DNA of 19,629 bases from a candidate division WOR-3 bacterium (GCA_965648935.1 CBFGIY010000046.1:1-19629), one strand, 5' to 3'; positions 1-8,790 are shown, counted from the stretch's first letter. A program made the numbers and translations. Notes: a model not told the origin generated them from the sequence alone.

Positions 1-975
1 ACCGAGATTGTTCCGCCGCAACTTAGACTCTTCGACCGCGCCCGGCGCACGACGGTGAAATGGCCCGACTTCAATAAGACCGTCACTTGGGACGAAATCG
101 CCGACGAGCTTGCCGGCCGAGATGCCACTCAGTCGCTTTGCGTTGTCAACCTCAAGCGGCACGCGCTCGATCTATTCCAGCGACTGCGCGGCCGGGGCGT
201 TGGCGAAGATGAGCTGTTTCACCTGTCCACCAATATGTGCCCGGCGCACCGCAAAGCTGTTCTTGCGGGGGTCAACGAGCGGCTACGCAACGGGCGACCC
301 TGCCGGCTTGTGTCCACCCAGTGTGTTGAGGCGGGGGTGGATGTAGTTTTCCCGGTCGTGTACCGGGCTTGGGGCCCCCTTGAGAGCATCGCGCAGGCGG
401 CCGGGCGCTGCAACCGCAACGGCCGGCTTCAGACTGGTTTGGTTCGTGTCTTCGTGCCCGAGGACGACAGGTACCCGGACGGCACCTATCAGCAGGCCGC
501 CGCGGTTGCGCGCATCGTCGCCGGGCTCAGGGCACTCGATATCGACGACCCGCAGATGTTCCGGCAGTACTACGAGCGCCTGTATGATATCCTTCGGCCC
601 GAGAACCGCAGCCCGGAACTCATCGACGCCATCCTGCGCAAAGACTTCGCCGATGTCGCCCAGCGTTACCGTGTTATACCTCAGGATGCGGTCAACGTGC
701 TGGTACCCTACGACCCTGAGCAGTTCAAGACACTGATAGCGGAAGTTCGCTCCGGCGGGTTGACGCGGTCGTGGATAGCTCGTGCCCGGCCGTATGCGGT
801 GAGCATTTTTCGGCCTCGGCGCGACAGCGAAGTGCGGAGTTTGATTGTACCCCTGCCTGCCGGGCGCGGCGAATGGGCGGAAGACTGGTTTGAGTATGTG
901 GGGAGCCCTGCGGATTATGATGTCAAGACCGGCCTCGTGTTGCCTCAGGGTGGTGAGCGGCTGCTTATCGCCTGA
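1..975 (+). CDS. cas3: CRISPR-associated helicase Cas3, C-terminal part (truncated at the window edge)
   Basis: The frame is open from base 1 (TEIVPPQLRLFDRARRTTVKWPD...). SF2 helicase motifs typical of Cas3 are present: VVNLKRHA, HLSTNMCPAHR, LVSTQCVEAGVD, QAAGRCNRNG. It lies directly upstream of cas5-cas8c-cas7. The HD domain is not inside the window. Confidence 0.95.
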   Translation, partial: TEIVPPQLRLFDRARRTTVKWPDFNKTVTWDEIADELAGRDATQSLCVVNLKRHALDLFQRLRGRGVGEDELFHLSTNMCPAHRKAVLAGVNERLRNGRPCRLVSTQCVEAGVDVVFPVVYRAWGPLESIAQAAGRCNRNGRLQTGLVRVFVPEDDRYPDGTYQQAAAVARIVAGLRALDIDDPQMFRQYYERLYDILRPENRSPELIDAILRKDFADVAQRYRVIPQDAVNVLVPYDPEQFKTLIAEVRSGGLTRSWIARARPYAVSIFRPRRDSEVRSLIVPLPAGRGEWAEDWFEYVGSPADYDVKTGLVLPQGGERLLIA

Positions 976-1015
976 GCCGGGGCCGGAGTGAAATGGAAAA
1001 GCGAAAGGAGGAATA

Positions 1016-1762
1016 ATGACACCCAAAGACCAGGCACTGGATGTCTGGGGTGAATTCGCCTGCTTCACCCGGCCTGAAATGAAGGTCGAACGCTTCAGCT
1101 ATCCGGTGCCCACGCCTTCGGCGGTGCGCGGCATCTACGACGCCATCTACTGCAAACCGAAGGAATTCCGCTGGCAGGTGACCAGTATCGAGATACTCGC
1201 TCCACCTGCCTACATCGCTCTGCGGCGCAACGAGGTCAAGGACAAGGTCAGCGTGCGCACCGTGCTTGGCTGGATAGACGGCAAGTCCGAGCCGGAGCCA
1301 ATCTGGGCGGACGGTACAGGGGACGAGCTGGGTACCGACAAGAAAGGTCATACTCAACGCCAAACCATGGCACTGCGGGATGTCCGCTACCGATTCCATG
1401 CCGAAATCAGGCCCTGGCCGGGTTATGAAGACCGGCTCGCCGGCATGGAGGAGCAGTTCCGGCGGCGTGCCGCACACGGCAAATGCATCTACCAGCCGTG
1501 TCTGGGTTGCCGCGAGTTTCCTGCCTGGTTTGAACTGGTCCCGGTTGGCGCGCCCGCCGTGTCGCGAGTTGACATCAATCAGGATATCGGGCTGATGCTA
1601 TATGATGTCTTCGACCTTTCGAGCCCGGGCAAGAAGGCTGCCGACAGTGCCGGTGTTAGCGTCAGCCTTTTTCGCGCCAGGGTGGAGTCAGGCCTGCTCG
1701 CGGTGCCGGACTACTCAAGCTCCGAGGTAATCAAGGTCCCCAAAGGAGGCGACGATGCTTGA
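1016..1762 (+). CDS. cas5c: Type I-C Cas5 (Cas5c/Cas5d), crRNA-processing Cascade subunit
   Basis: N-terminal LDVWGEFACFTRPEMKVERFSYPVPTPSAVRGIYDAIY, plus RRNEV, LRDVRY and QPCLGCREF. SD AAAGGAGG at 1004-1011. Confidence 0.96.
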   Translation: MTPKDQALDVWGEFACFTRPEMKVERFSYPVPTPSAVRGIYDAIYCKPKEFRWQVTSIEILAPPAYIALRRNEVKDKVSVRTVLGWIDGKSEPEPIWADGTGDELGTDKKGHTQRQTMALRDVRYRFHAEIRPWPGYEDRLAGMEEQFRRRAAHGKCIYQPCLGCREFPAWFELVPVGAPAVSRVDINQDIGLMLYDVFDLSSPGKKAADSAGVSVSLFRARVESGLLAVPDYSSSEVIKVPKGGDDA

Positions 1763-3572
1763 ACTGCTCGCGCGGCGCGCCGGGCAGTCCGAGCCCGGCT
1801 TCGCCGAAAAGCGCGCCCGCTGGGGAATCGTCTTCGATTCGGGTGGAGCCTATCTGGATGTCGTTGAGCTGGGCGATGTCGGGCAGCGAGGCAACAAGGG
1901 CCAGTCGTTTCCTTGCTGTCCGGAGTTCGACCGTACCTTCAAACAGAGCGGCGGCAAGGCCGAGTTTCTGATTGATTCGGCCGGGGTAGTTGCTCTGAAC
2001 GCCGAGCCCGGCAAGCCACTAGACGCAAAGCTTCCCCAAAAACACGCTCATTTCGTTGAGCTTCTGAGCGGTGCCGCTGCCGTAGTGCCCGGACTGAAAT
2101 CGGTGGCCAGAGCACTGGCCGACGAGGCAGTGCTCGCTCGTGTCCGGCAGCGGTTCGCGGCGCTGAAGGCCAAATCAACCGACAAGGTAACGTTGCAGAT
2201 TGGCCCGGCGTTTCCCCTCGAGTCAACGGCCTGGCACGACTGGTGGCGAAAGGAATATGCCCGCAGTTGTGCGCCGAAGGCAAGGCCCGGCGCCAAGACC
2301 GGGAAAGGCCGGATGGTCTGTTTCGTCACCGGCGATGTCGTTGAGCCGCTTGATACGCACCCGAAAATCGAAGGCCTGGCCGGAGTCGGCGGTCAGGGGA
2401 TGGGCGATGTGCTGGTGGGAATGGACAAGGAAGCGTTCCAGTCATACTTCCTTGAGCAGTCGGCAAACGCCGCGGTCGGCAAGCAGGCTGCCTATGGCTA
2501 TCGCGCCGCGCTGAACGAGCTGATACGCCAGAGCAGCCGTAAACTCGCCGGCGCGCTTGTCGTTCACTGGTTCAAAGAGAAGGTCGACGAAGGCGACGAC
2601 CCACTTGGTTGGCTTGAGGAGCCACCTGAAGGAGTTGAACGCAACGCCCAGCAGTTTGCTCGCGAACTGCTGGAAAGCATCGCCGCCGGCAGGCGGCCGG
2701 ACCTGGCGCAGAACCACTACTATGCCCTCACTTTGTCCGGGATGAGTGGCAGGGTGATGGTGCGCGACTGGATGGAGGGCGACTTCAGGGAACTGGTCGA
2801 GAGCATACTTTCCTGGTTCAGTGACTTGGCCGTTGTGGACATTTGCCTCGGTACGGAAGGCAGGCCTTTGGGAATGGGGCGTATCATTGAGGGGTTGCTG
2901 CCGTCGCGCAAGTCAGGCCAAGAGTACAGCGACTGGATTAAGGCCCTAGGCGCCGATCGACTGGCGCTGTGGCGCGCGGCGACCAAACGGGAATCAATAC
3001 CTCATTCTGCTCTTGCCAGAGCCGTGCTTCAACTCCGTGGGTTCGTGCTGACAGGCAAAATCGACGAAGTCCTGGCAAGAGACAGAAGAAACTTCAAGAG
3101 AAAAGAGCAGCTGGCTGAATTGCTGCGCACCCGCATGGGCCTGATGAAGGCATATCACATCCGGCAGTGCAGGCTAGACAACAAGGAGGCACACTTGACG
3201 CCATACCTGAACAAAGAGCATCCATCTCCGGCCTATCAGTGCGGCCGGCTGATGGCGATACTTGCCAGGCTTCAGCAGGCCGCCCTCGGCGATGTCGGGG
3301 CCGGCGTGGTGCAGCGCTACTATGCCGCCGCGTCCACCACTCCCGCGCTGGTGCTGGGTCGGCTTGTCCGCGGCGCCCAGTTTCACCTGGGCAAGCTTGA
3401 TCCTGGCCTGGCCTACTGGTACGAACAGCAGCTCGGCGAAGTGGTTGGCCGGATCGGCAGCGCTGCGCCCAAAACCCTGACACTGGAAGAGCAGAGTCTG
3501 TTCGCACTGGGTTACTACCAGCAATTGGCCGAGATGAGAGTGAAGAAGTCGGCCGAAGACAAGGAGGCATAA
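1755..3572 (+). CDS. cas8c: Type I-C large subunit Cas8c (Csd1)
   Basis: 605 aa between cas5c and cas7c. Motifs CFVTG, HPKIEG, DKEAFQSY, SGRVMVRDW, AYQCGRLMA and EEQSLFALGYYQQ. SD AAAGGAGG at 1742-1749; overlaps the end of cas5c. Confidence 0.95.
   Translation: MLELLARRAGQSEPGFAEKRARWGIVFDSGGAYLDVVELGDVGQRGNKGQSFPCCPEFDRTFKQSGGKAEFLIDSAGVVALNAEPGKPLDAKLPQKHAHFVELLSGAAAVVPGLKSVARALADEAVLARVRQRFAALKAKSTDKVTLQIGPAFPLESTAWHDWWRKEYARSCAPKARPGAKTGKGRMVCFVTGDVVEPLDTHPKIEGLAGVGGQGMGDVLVGMDKEAFQSYFLEQSANAAVGKQAAYGYRAALNELIRQSSRKLAGALVVHWFKEKVDEGDDPLGWLEEPPEGVERNAQQFARELLESIAAGRRPDLAQNHYYALTLSGMSGRVMVRDWMEGDFRELVESILSWFSDLAVVDICLGTEGRPLGMGRIIEGLLPSRKSGQEYSDWIKALGADRLALWRAATKRESIPHSALARAVLQLRGFVLTGKIDEVLARDRRNFKRKEQLAELLRTRMGLMKAYHIRQCRLDNKEAHLTPYLNKEHPSPAYQCGRLMAILARLQQAALGDVGAGVVQRYYAAASTTPALVLGRLVRGAQFHLGKLDPGLAYWYEQQLGEVVGRIGSAAPKTLTLEEQSLFALGYYQQLAEMRVKKSAEDKEA
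3195..3572 (+). CDS. cas11c: Cas11c small subunit, internally translated in frame from cas8c (125 aa)
   Basis: A perfect SD AAGGAGG at 3183-3189 is followed after 5 nt by an in-frame TTG at 3195. The product (M)TPYLNKEHPSPAYQCGRLMA...FALGYYQQ corresponds to the Cas8c C-terminal helical domain known to be made separately in I-C systems. Confidence 0.8.
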   Translation: MTPYLNKEHPSPAYQCGRLMAILARLQQAALGDVGAGVVQRYYAAASTTPALVLGRLVRGAQFHLGKLDPGLAYWYEQQLGEVVGRIGSAAPKTLTLEEQSLFALGYYQQLAEMRVKKSAEDKEA

Positions 3573-3575
3573 GCA

Positions 3576-4544
3576 ATGAGCGAGCCAATCAAGAACCGCT
3601 ACGAGTTTCTGATGCTGTTCGACTGCGAAAACGGCAATCCCAACGGCGACCCGGATTCGGGCAACGCCCCGCGAATTGACCCGCAGACCATGCTGGGCCT
3701 GGTGTCTGATGTCGCGCTCAAGCGCCGCGTCCGTAACTATGTCCAGCTCGCGCGCGGGAACAAGATGCCCTATGCCATTTTCGTCGAGCATGCAACCAAT
3801 CTGAATGTGCCGATTGCCCGGGCCCACGAAGAGACCTTGGGCGAAGTTGTGAAAGGTCCGAACAAGGAACAGGTCGAAAGAGCGCGGGCGTGGATGTGCG
3901 CCAATTTCTACGATGTGCGGACCTTCGGCGCGGTGATGAGCACCGGCCCCAATGCCGGCCAGGTGCGCGGTCCGGTGCAGTTCTCGTTCGCCCGTTCCTA
4001 CGACCCGGTCCTGCCGCTTGATTTGTCGCTGACGCGGATGGCGATAGCCGAGCCGGAGGGTTTTCTTGACTCCAGCGCAAAGTACCTCAAGCACGCCGAG
4101 GAGAAACCTGAAGACAAGCTTCGCACCATGGGGCGCAAAGCGCTGATACCTTACGGCCTCTACGCGGCCAAGGGATTCGTCAGCGCCCACCTTGCGCGCG
4201 GCACCGGTTTCTCCGAGGACGACCTCACCCTGTTCTGGGAAGCGCTGGTCAACATGTACGAGCACGACCGGTCGGCCAGCAAGGGCCTGATGTCAGTGCC
4301 CGAGGTCTTCGCATTCAAACACATAGGCACTGAGGACGGCAGTCCTGAGCAGCGTGCCCAGCAGGCGATTCTCGGTTGCGCGCCCGCGCACAGGCTTTTC
4401 GACCTCGTGAAAGTGCAGAAGAAGCCTGGTGTCGAAGCCCCGCGCAAGTATGAGGACTACGAGGTGACTTTCGACAACGGCAGTCTGCCGAAGGGAGTTG
4501 CCGCGCGACTGCTGGTCGCCGGCACGACTTTCGGCGCTTGGTAA
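3576..4544 (+). CDS. cas7c: Type I-C Cas7 (Csd2) backbone subunit
   Basis: Motifs [56 protein letters not shown] and [17 protein letters not shown] at 3561-3567. Confidence 0.97.
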   Translation: MSEPIKNRYEFLMLFDCENGNPNGDPDSGNAPRIDPQTMLGLVSDVALKRRVRNYVQLARGNKMPYAIFVEHATNLNVPIARAHEETLGEVVKGPNKEQVERARAWMCANFYDVRTFGAVMSTGPNAGQVRGPVQFSFARSYDPVLPLDLSLTRMAIAEPEGFLDSSAKYLKHAEEKPEDKLRTMGRKALIPYGLYAAKGFVSAHLARGTGFSEDDLTLFWEALVNMYEHDRSASKGLMSVPEVFAFKHIGTEDGSPEQRAQQAILGCAPAHRLFDLVKVQKKPGVEAPRKYEDYEVTFDNGSLPKGVAARLLVAGTTFGAW

Positions 4545-4560
4545 GCCGAGAAGCTTTGGC

Positions 4561-5247
4561 GTGCACGAAGAACGCGATCTGCTGCCGTTGTCGGCCTTGC
4601 AGCATCTCGTCTTTTGCGAGCGCCGCGCAGCGCTTATTCACCTGGAGTGCATCTGGGACGACAACGAAGCCACTGTCGAGGGTGATCATCTGCACGACAG
4701 TGCTCACGATGTCGGCACCGAGCTGCGCGCCGGCGTGCGCATCGCCCGCGCCCTGATTCTGCGGTCTCTGCGACTGGGTCTGGCCGGCAAGACCGATGTG
4801 GTCGAGTTCCACGAGCTGGCAGTCGGCGAGCCGGAGGCGTCGGGCGTTGTCCTGCCCGGCGTCTCCGGCCGCTGGCGGCCGTTCCCAGTCGAGTACAAGC
4901 GGGGCAAGCTGCGGCACGAGGCGAGCTATGCTGTGCAGGTCTGCGCGCAGGCGCTGTGCCTTGAGGAGATGCTCGGCGTCCCGGTACCCGAAGGGGCACT
5001 GTTCTACGGCAAGAGCGCTCGGCGGCAGCCCGTTGTGTTCGACGACGGGCTGCGGCGAGAGACCGAGGCCGCGGCCGAGCGTCTGCACGAGTTGTTCGCC
5101 GCGGGCATCACGCCAAAGGCAGTCTTCGTCCCGGCGAAGTGCCGCGCGTGCTCGCTGGTCGAGCGCTGTGTTCCCGAGTCGACCGACGGCCATCACAGCG
5201 CCGGCCGCTACTTGGACCGCATCGCCACGCCCGAGGAGGGACCGTGA
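4561..5247 (+). CDS. cas4: Cas4 RecB-family nuclease with Fe-S cluster
   Basis: Motifs LSALQHLVFCERR, GKTDVVEF, PVEYKRG, QVCAQALCLEEM and CRACSLVERC (four Fe-S cysteines in total). The probable start is GTG at 4561; the ORF track extends it to 4498, overlapping cas7. Confidence 0.93.
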   Translation: MHEERDLLPLSALQHLVFCERRAALIHLECIWDDNEATVEGDHLHDSAHDVGTELRAGVRIARALILRSLRLGLAGKTDVVEFHELAVGEPEASGVVLPGVSGRWRPFPVEYKRGKLRHEASYAVQVCAQALCLEEMLGVPVPEGALFYGKSARRQPVVFDDGLRRETEAAAERLHELFAAGITPKAVFVPAKCRACSLVERCVPESTDGHHSAGRYLDRIATPEEGP

Positions 5248-6275
5248 AGCGACATCTCAACACGCTCTTCGTCACGACGCCGGGCGCATATCTCAGCCGC
5301 GAGGGCGAGACCGTGCTGGTGAGCGTTGAAAAGGAGGTGCGGCTGAAGGTGCCGATTCACACGCTCGGCAGCATCGTCTGCTTCGGGCAGGTGATGTGCA
5401 GCCCGCCGCTGATGGGTCTCTGCGGTGAGCGCAATGTGCTGGTGAGCTTTCACAGCGAACACGGCCGGTTCCTCGGTCGAGTGCACGGTCCGGTGTCGGG
5501 CAATGTGCTCCTGCGCCGAGCCCAGTACCGCTGCGCCGATGACGCGGATGTGAGTGCCGCCATCGCCCGCGCGGTCGTCATCGGCAAGGTAGCCAACTGC
5601 CGGACCGTTCTCCAGCGCGCCTGCCGCGACCACCCCGGTTCCTGTGACACCGTCGCAATCACGGCCGCTGCCGAGGCGCTGGCGCGTCACCTCAGAGAGT
5701 TGCAGGCCGCCCGGCCGCTGGACGCGGTGCGCGGCATCGAGGGTGACGCGGCACGCACCTACTTCGGCGTGTTTGACCATCTGATAGTCGCGCAGAAGGA
5801 TGACTTCTGCTTTCGCGAGCGCAGCCGCCGGCCGCCGCTGGACCCGGTCAACGCCCTGCTTTCGTTTCTTTATGCGCTGCTGACCAATGATGTGACTTCG
5901 TCGCTGGAGTCGGTTGGCCTGGACCCGGCGGTCGGCTTCCTGCACCGTGACCGCCCCGGCCGGCCCGGGCTGGCGCTTGACTTGATGGAGGAGTTCCGGC
6001 CCGTACTGGCCGACCGCGTAGCGCTTACCCTGGTGAACCTTCAGCAGGTTCGGGGCAGCGGATTCACCAGGACCGAAACCGGCGCGGTAGTGATGGACGA
6101 CAAGACCCGGAAGGAAGTGCTTATGGCGTGGCAGAAGCGCAAATCCGAGGAAGTTCAGCATCCATTTCTTGGCGATAAGGTGACGGTCGGGCTGCTGCCG
6201 TTCGTCCAGGCGCTGCTGTTTGCGCGCTATCTGCGCGGCGACCTCGACGCGTATCCGCCATATGTGTGGAAGTGA
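5244..6275 (+). CDS. cas1: Type I-C Cas1 integrase
   Basis: The GTG start overlaps the cas4 stop (GTGA), with SD GAGGAGG upstream. Motifs [55 protein letters not shown] and YPPYVWK. Confidence 0.97.
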   Translation: MKRHLNTLFVTTPGAYLSREGETVLVSVEKEVRLKVPIHTLGSIVCFGQVMCSPPLMGLCGERNVLVSFHSEHGRFLGRVHGPVSGNVLLRRAQYRCADDADVSAAIARAVVIGKVANCRTVLQRACRDHPGSCDTVAITAAAEALARHLRELQAARPLDAVRGIEGDAARTYFGVFDHLIVAQKDDFCFRERSRRPPLDPVNALLSFLYALLTNDVTSSLESVGLDPAVGFLHRDRPGRPGLALDLMEEFRPVLADRVALTLVNLQQVRGSGFTRTETGAVVMDDKTRKEVLMAWQKRKSEEVQHPFLGDKVTVGLLPFVQALLFARYLRGDLDAYPPYVWK

Positions 6276-6283
6276 GGCACGCG

Positions 6284-6574
6284 ATGCTGGTGCTGATTAC
6301 CTACGACGTGAACACGCTTGGCAAGCCGGGGCAGAGGCGGCTGCGCCGTGTGGCCAAGGCCTGCGAGGACTACGGCCAGCGGGTCCAGAAGTCGGTCTTT
6401 GAGTGCTTGGTTGACCCGGCTCAATGGGCGGAACTGAAGGCGCGGCTACTGGACATCATCGACAAGGAGCAGGACAGCCTGCGGTTCTACTTCCTTGGTG
6501 CGAACTGGCGTCCGCGCGTAGAGCAGGTAGGTGCCAAGCCGTCTTACGACCCGGAGGGGCCGTTGATAGTCTAG
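6284..6574 (+). CDS. cas2: Cas2 (96 aa)
   Basis: MLVLITYDV...[24 protein letters not shown]...DSLRFY; lies after cas1. Confidence 0.97.
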   Translation: MLVLITYDVNTLGKPGQRRLRRVAKACEDYGQRVQKSVFECLVDPAQWAELKARLLDIIDKEQDSLRFYFLGANWRPRVEQVGAKPSYDPEGPLIV

Positions 6575-6758
6575 CCTGATGCGCGAACCAGAAGCGAACG
6601 GCATTCCCCTTGGCGAGTCGCGCCCGCCCCAAGTGCCCACAGCGGTACTGCTTGGGCCAAGTCCTGACCGGGTAACTGCGGCGCACAGGCGGTTCGCGCC
6701 CCGGTTCGCGGAACTCGACCCGCAATGGGTTGTCTTAGGCTGACTTAGACTGCTTACC
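6575..6758 (+). promoter_or_regulatory. CRISPR leader
   Basis: Non-coding 184 bp between cas2 and repeat 1. Contains GCGCGAACC (6581-6589), its exact reverse complement GGTTCGCGC (6691-6699), a second GGTTCGCG (6703-6710) and a partial IHF-like CAATGGGTTG (6723-6732). Confidence 0.85.
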
Positions 6759-6857
6759 GTCGCGCCCTGCGCGGGCGCGTGGATTGAAACACCATCCTGT
6801 GCGACTCGTTCTCCCCTGCCGCCTTGTCGCGCCCTGCGCGGGCGCGTGGATTGAAAC
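6759..6857 (+). CRISPR. Minimal type I-C CRISPR array: 2 repeats, 1 spacer
   Basis: Identical 32-bp repeats GTCGCGCCCTGCGCGGGCGCGTGGATTGAAAC at 6759-6790 and 6826-6857, with a 7-bp stem CGCGCCC/GGGCGCG and an ATTGAAAC end. The 35-bp spacer ACCATCCTGTGCGACTCGTTCTCCCCTGCCGCCTT lies at 6791-6825. Confidence 0.95.
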
Positions 6858-6899
6858 GAGGCCGGTTCGGCCAGCCGCTTTGCCGCCGGGCCGGCGGGG

Positions 6900-8018
6900 T
6901 CAGTAGTTGAAGACTGCGGCGAGGGTCGCGCCTTTGCCTGCGGTCGCGCCGGGGATGGCGCCGGTCGCGGCCGAGCGGTCCGGGCCCCAGAAGCCCGCGA
7001 CCTGAAAGGTCCAGCGGTCGAGCGCGCGCTGCCAGGCCGCGAAGGCGTACACTTCCTCGTTCTGCCAGTCGTAGAGCGCAAATCCGCTGAGCCGGTCGAG
7101 CAGGCCGAGCGGGTAGGCAAGGGAGAGCGCGGTTACCTGCGCGGTCAGGGCGCCGGCCGAGCGAAGGGGCTGGACGGTGCGGGCGAGGCCAAGGTGTTCG
7201 GCTGTGACGGTGAGGCCGTTGCCGATGCCGAAGGTGTAGTCAATGCCGAGGCAGGCGGCCGTCTGCCAGGGCAGGGGCAGGCGGCTGTCCCATTCGTGCA
7301 GGAGCGTGGCTTCGGACCACAGGCCGATGCCGAGGTCGAGTTTGGCGTCGATGCCGAGCCGGTCTTCGGGGATGCGGCCGCCGAGCGGGTGAAGCGCGGT
7401 GCGGTGGTGAAAGCTCAGCGCGGCCTCGCCGCGAGGGACCGGTACCTGCAGTCGCGCGCCCGCTTCGGGAATCCAGCGCGCGCCTTCAAGCGCCTGCCAG
7501 GGCCGCGCCCCGGTGTTGCCCAATAGTCCCCACGCCCAGAGGGTGGCGTCGCCGGCAAACCAGTAACGGCCGAGCGCGGCCCAGACGCCGCGGGTCGAGG
7601 CGGTCGGGTCGCGCGGGTCGATGCGGTCAAACCACTGCAGGGGGCGCAATAGCAGGGCCGAGCCGAAGGCGAGTTTCTGCAGGCCGACCCGGGTTTCAAA
7701 CCGTTCCGCGCCGAGGCGGACCCAGGCGCGGTAGGGCGCGAGGTCGGGGGACAGCTCGAAGCTGTCGGGTCGCGCCAGCGCGTTGAGCCGGGCGTCGAGC
7801 GAGGCTTCGAGGTCGAGGGCGAGCGCCGGGCCGATGGGCTGGGCAAGGGACAGCGCGGGAACGAGGCGCAGCTCGGCGTCGGCCGCGAGGACAGAGTCCC
7901 GGCGCGCGGTGAGGCGGGCCGATGCCTGACCGGAGAAGCGGGTCTCAAGCCCCGGGCAGAGCGTTGCCGCGGCGGCGAGCGCGCAGGCAACGAGGCAGTG
8001 GCGCGTCATTTCCTGCAT
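6900..8018 (-). CDS. Hypothetical exported protein, probable outer-membrane beta-barrel
   Basis: Signal-peptide-like N-terminus (MTRHCLVACALAAAATLCPG), alternating amphipathic segments, RVGLQKLAFG and DRIDPRDP motifs, and a C-terminal ...GATLAAVFNY ending in an aromatic residue. The start is ATG 8018 or 8009 (uncertain). Confidence 0.75.
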   Translation of the reverse strand: MQEMTRHCLVACALAAAATLCPGLETRFSGQASARLTARRDSVLAADAELRLVPALSLAQPIGPALALDLEASLDARLNALARPDSFELSPDLAPYRAWVRLGAERFETRVGLQKLAFGSALLLRPLQWFDRIDPRDPTASTRGVWAALGRYWFAGDATLWAWGLLGNTGARPWQALEGARWIPEAGARLQVPVPRGEAALSFHHRTALHPLGGRIPEDRLGIDAKLDLGIGLWSEATLLHEWDSRLPLPWQTAACLGIDYTFGIGNGLTVTAEHLGLARTVQPLRSAGALTAQVTALSLAYPLGLLDRLSGFALYDWQNEEVYAFAAWQRALDRWTFQVAGFWGPDRSAATGAIPGATAGKGATLAAVFNY

Positions 8019-8049
8019 TGTAGCGGCCTTGCCGCGCCGGGGCAATGGA

Positions 8050-8790
8050 CTAGGCAGAGGGCCATTTCTTCAGCCGCCCGACGAGGGCGAGGATGCTGTA
8101 GCGGTCCATCAGGCGGCCGAGCGGTTTGCCCATCGCGAAGAAGTCGGCTATCTCCTCCTGGGTCGGGCTGGCGCCTTTCGCGCCCATCCGCGCGTACTGG
8201 ATCAGCTCGGGGGCGAGGGTGTACCAGTAGACGAGGTTGCAGAGCAGCATATAGACAACGTGGGGCCAGGAGTGCAGGCGCAGCCAGAACCAGGGTACGA
8301 GATAGAGCAGCCAGGCCCAGCGGAACACGAGGATGTGGCCGAGCACAAGCCCGGTCGCCGACGATGCGGCAGCGGTGACCGCCAGGCCGAGAGGGTCAAT
8401 CGCGAGCAGGCCGCCGATGATGGGCGATTCGCCGCGGCCGCCCTTGAAGCCGTGGTAGAGCGGCCAGTCGTGGCCGACGAGGCCGAAGGCGGCCGTGGCG
8501 AGGTAATAGGGCGCGCCGGGCCAGATCAGGCGCACGGCCAGCGTCGGGGCAGACACCTTGGCCATATCGAGGATGGCAGTGAGGCAGCCCCAGCGGGCGC
8601 CGAGGTGGTGACGGGCCGCGGTCGCCGAGACCGAGTCGGTGACGAACTTGTCGGCCGTGCCGGGCACGTCGTATTCAATCTTCGAGATGTCGGCCCGCGG
8701 GTTGACGCGGCGGGCGATCATCCGGCTGAAGGACAGCGAGCCGAAGAGATAGCCGGCCGCGGCCGCGGCGAGCGCCGTGACGATGCTCAC
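8050..8790 (-). CDS. Divergent PlsY-family (glycerol-3-phosphate acyltransferase-like) membrane protein
   Basis: GYLFGSLSFS, ILDMAK and GHDWPLYHGFKGGRG match PlsY-family patterns, with multiple hydrophobic helices. The GTG start overlaps the upstream stop (GTGA, 8790-8787). Motifs 1 and 3 are degenerate. Confidence 0.82.
   Translation of the reverse strand: MSIVTALAAAAAGYLFGSLSFSRMIARRVNPRADISKIEYDVPGTADKFVTDSVSATAARHHLGARWGCLTAILDMAKVSAPTLAVRLIWPGAPYYLATAAFGLVGHDWPLYHGFKGGRGESPIIGGLLAIDPLGLAVTAAASSATGLVLGHILVFRWAWLLYLVPWFWLRLHSWPHVVYMLLCNLVYWYTLAPELIQYARMGAKGASPTQEEIADFFAMGKPLGRLMDRYSILALVGRLKKWPSA

Noticed and set aside
5139..5243. N-terminal extension of Cas1 in the ORF track
   Set aside because: It overlaps cas4; the canonical I-C Cas1 N-terminus and SD point to GTG 5244.
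976..6574. Absence of cas6
   Set aside because: Normal for type I-C, where Cas5c processes pre-crRNA.
6617..6625. GTCGCGCCC, identical to the first 9 nt of the repeat, inside the leader
   Set aside because: The rest of the repeat is absent; it is better explained as a leader motif variant or chance.
6882..6914. Possible degenerate third CRISPR repeat ending GTTGAAGAC
   Set aside because: Similarity is poor, the implied spacer would be only about 24 nt, and the matching end lies within the last codons of the convergent gene.
6446..7120. 224-aa minus-strand ORF crossing the CRISPR array
   Set aside because: It overlaps cas2, the leader and the repeats; the VSIHAPAQGAT segment is simply the translated repeat.
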